64,000 bases of DNA from an uncultured virus (IMG/VR IMGVR_UViG_3300029305_005079) (Duplodnaviria; Heunggongvirae; Uroviricota; Caudoviricetes), in the IMG/VR virus record IMGVR_UViG_3300029305_005079. One strand, written 5' to 3'. The position numbers and the translations under genes were made by a program. Below the pieces are notes generated by a model, which was not told where the DNA came from, did not search any database, and worked only from the letters and a program-made list of their open reading frames with translations. Below, piece after piece: positions 62,123 through 64,000 of the stretch (positions are counted from its first letter, which is position 1; each line of letters begins with the position of its first letter).

Positions 62123-64000
62123 TTACTCATTATCTGAGTCGTCCGGAGCTTCTAGCGGTGCAGTGATCTTATCAGGATCTTCGAAGAAGATCATAGGCTC
62201 ATAATACTCGCCAGGAGTCGGTTTGAATTCTTCATCCTTGGGCTCTTCAAGACCATTAATAGCAAACTGAGGTCTTTCCATGAAGAATAAATCCATAAAT
62301 GAAGCTCCTCTCTTTCTGAATGTAAGAGGATTATAAAGCAGTTTATCCACCTTCTGATAACTCATAGAGATGGTAACACTAGGGTTGTCTGTAAGAGATC
62401 TATTAAGAGATAAAATCTCATAATCTGGATCATACATAAACCACTTGGGTTTTTTAAGAATATCGTGAGCATCTCTGATCTGGTTAGAGATAATAATCTC
62501 AAGATGTGTAGATGCTATATTAAGTCCACCTTCTATAACTGTATCAATCACAGCCTGCAAAAGCTGATGGATATCGAGACCTTTAATGGTGCTATTTTTA
62601 TTCAATAAATCTTCAAGATGCTCAAGAGTTTTAGACAACTCATTATTTTCAATAGGAATAATAAAGAGAGTAATATTCTTGAGATCAGGAAGATCTATAG
62701 AAATTTTTCCATCAAGAGGTTCTCCTTTCTTACGGATAATACTATTCAATTCATTTGAAATATATAGTTTAACGCCTTTATCATTTGTAATATGATGAAG
62801 CTCATTACCCTGCAAAATATCGAATTCTGTAATATATTCATTATAGATAGGAGCTGTATTGTCATCATCACCAAATCCAAGATCATCATCTTCTTCATTT
62901 ACGAGTTCGATATTTTCAGGATCTAGAATGAACTTGCAATCTTTAAACTCTCCATCGTCTACAAGACGAATCATATTACCTTCGATTTCAAAGAATTCAT
63001 TAAACTTCTTAACCCATACAACTTTTTCAGCAAATGTCTCGAGAAGATGTTTTGCAGAAAGAAGTTTCTGAGTAAGGCTAGACGAAAGTGTTTCGCTTGC
63101 TATACGTCCGATATTTACGCCAAAATGGATTCCGGCATCATATACTGTATAAGCAAGATCTCCATAGCACTTATAACAAACTCCATGACCTCTAGCGGCT
63201 GAAGCGCAAGTGATAGGAGATCTAAGATAAATTTTCTGACCTATAAGATGTGTATCATTTCTAGATATCTGCATGTCTACCCCTCTAGGATTAAGACGAT
63301 AATATCTATTACAAAGCATCTTAAGAGTTTTCTTATCTTTAATAATGACTTCTACAAAATTAGGTGTACAACAATCGTAATTCTTATCTTCATGAAGGAA
63401 AGAATCCATATTGTTAAGACCGAGAAGTCGTGCAAAATGACCAGAAGATCCTACGTTATTATATTTAATAATCTGAGCTGTTCTTCCAGTAGATGATTCG
63501 ATAAAGTAATCAAGAGGTGTTACAACACCACCATTGATAAACGAGTTATAGATCGGTATCGGGAAAATACCGCCCCTACCGTCAGGTTTGGTTCCGATAT
63601 TGATAGTAAACTCTTTAAACTGCTTCGGATTAATACCTTCAGAAGCTCTACATGCATCTGCAAGGCAGTGGTCATATCCGAGATAGCCCTTGGCATCTTT
63701 CATAATATCGATTGCTTTATTTGCAAATTTCATACCTACCGATTTTACATCTTCGATAGGCACATTTCTTAAATCTGCATGCATGCAATCTCTAAATTCT
63801 CCACACTTGTTCATGAGGAAAACATTGTCTTCAAGATTTACCGTATTCGCCAAATACATTGCAAATTCATCAACGTCATGAAAATGACAAAGAGTATCAT
63901 CAATAATATTATTAAGCTCTTTATTAGTAAATCTTTTTCTATTCGCATCGATAAAGAATTTATCAATATAATCTTTGATTGTATCTTTCTTAATCTCTGT
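62123..64000 (-). CDS. RNA polymerase beta' C-terminal subunit (probably non-virion RNAP), 5'-truncated by the window
   Basis: SGHFARLL, YDC, LRSPITC...VCYKCYG, NIG...TQKLLSAKH, HLEIII; frame open to 64000. Confidence 0.9.
   Translation of the reverse strand, partial: TEIKKDTIKDYIDKFFIDANRKRFTNKELNNIIDDTLCHFHDVDEFAMYLANTVNLEDNVFLMNKCGEFRDCMHADLRNVPIEDVKSVGMKFANKAIDIMKDAKGYLGYDHCLADACRASEGINPKQFKEFTINIGTKPDGRGGIFPIPIYNSFINGGVVTPLDYFIESSTGRTAQIIKYNNVGSSGHFARLLGLNNMDSFLHEDKNYDCCTPNFVEVIIKDKKTLKMLCNRYYRLNPRGVDMQISRNDTHLIGQKIYLRSPITCASAARGHGVCYKCYGDLAYTVYDAGIHFGVNIGRIASETLSSSLTQKLLSAKHLLETFAEKVVWVKKFNEFFEIEGNMIRLVDDGEFKDCKFILDPENIELVNEEDDDLGFGDDDNTAPIYNEYITEFDILQGNELHHITNDKGVKLYISNELNSIIRKKGEPLDGKISIDLPDLKNITLFIIPIENNELSKTLEHLEDLLNKNSTIKGLDIHQLLQAVIDTVIEGGLNIASTHLEIIISNQIRDAHDILKKPKWFMYDPDYEILSLNRSLTDNPSVTISMSYQKVDKLLYNPLTFRKRGASFMDLFFMERPQFAINGLEEPKDEEFKPTPGEYYEPMIFFEDPDKITAPLEAPDDSDNE

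Overview
AT-rich segment of an AR9/PBS1-like (phiKZ-related) jumbo phage genome, probably infecting a Firmicute (strong AGGAGG RBSs, M23 peptidase virion protein). It encodes two multisubunit RNA polymerase beta' pieces, a sigma-like promoter-specificity subunit resembling AR9 gp226, primase, RusA, RtcB, NADAR, dCTP deaminase, baseplate, tail and internal-head proteins, and many small early genes. Two phage promoter classes recur: AAC(A/T)-N6-TA (late) and TRYATAYTATAA (early). The main result is six related group I introns, none with a recognisable homing endonuclease, in two transcription genes. Three split the sigma-like gene. Three split the catalytic beta' gene, where a 6-nt micro-exon supplies DY of the DYDGD active-site motif. 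Three introns carry unusual cargo: a complete tRNA-Leu(UAG), a small ORF, and an ORF that reads through the ribozyme core. Also found: a candidate sRNA made of tandem anti-RBS/anti-start modules, a candidate ~320-nt pseudoknotted ncRNA, a poly-G-frameshifted tail-fibre-like gene and a candidate -1 frameshift. Protein calls come from motif recognition and recall, not database searches.
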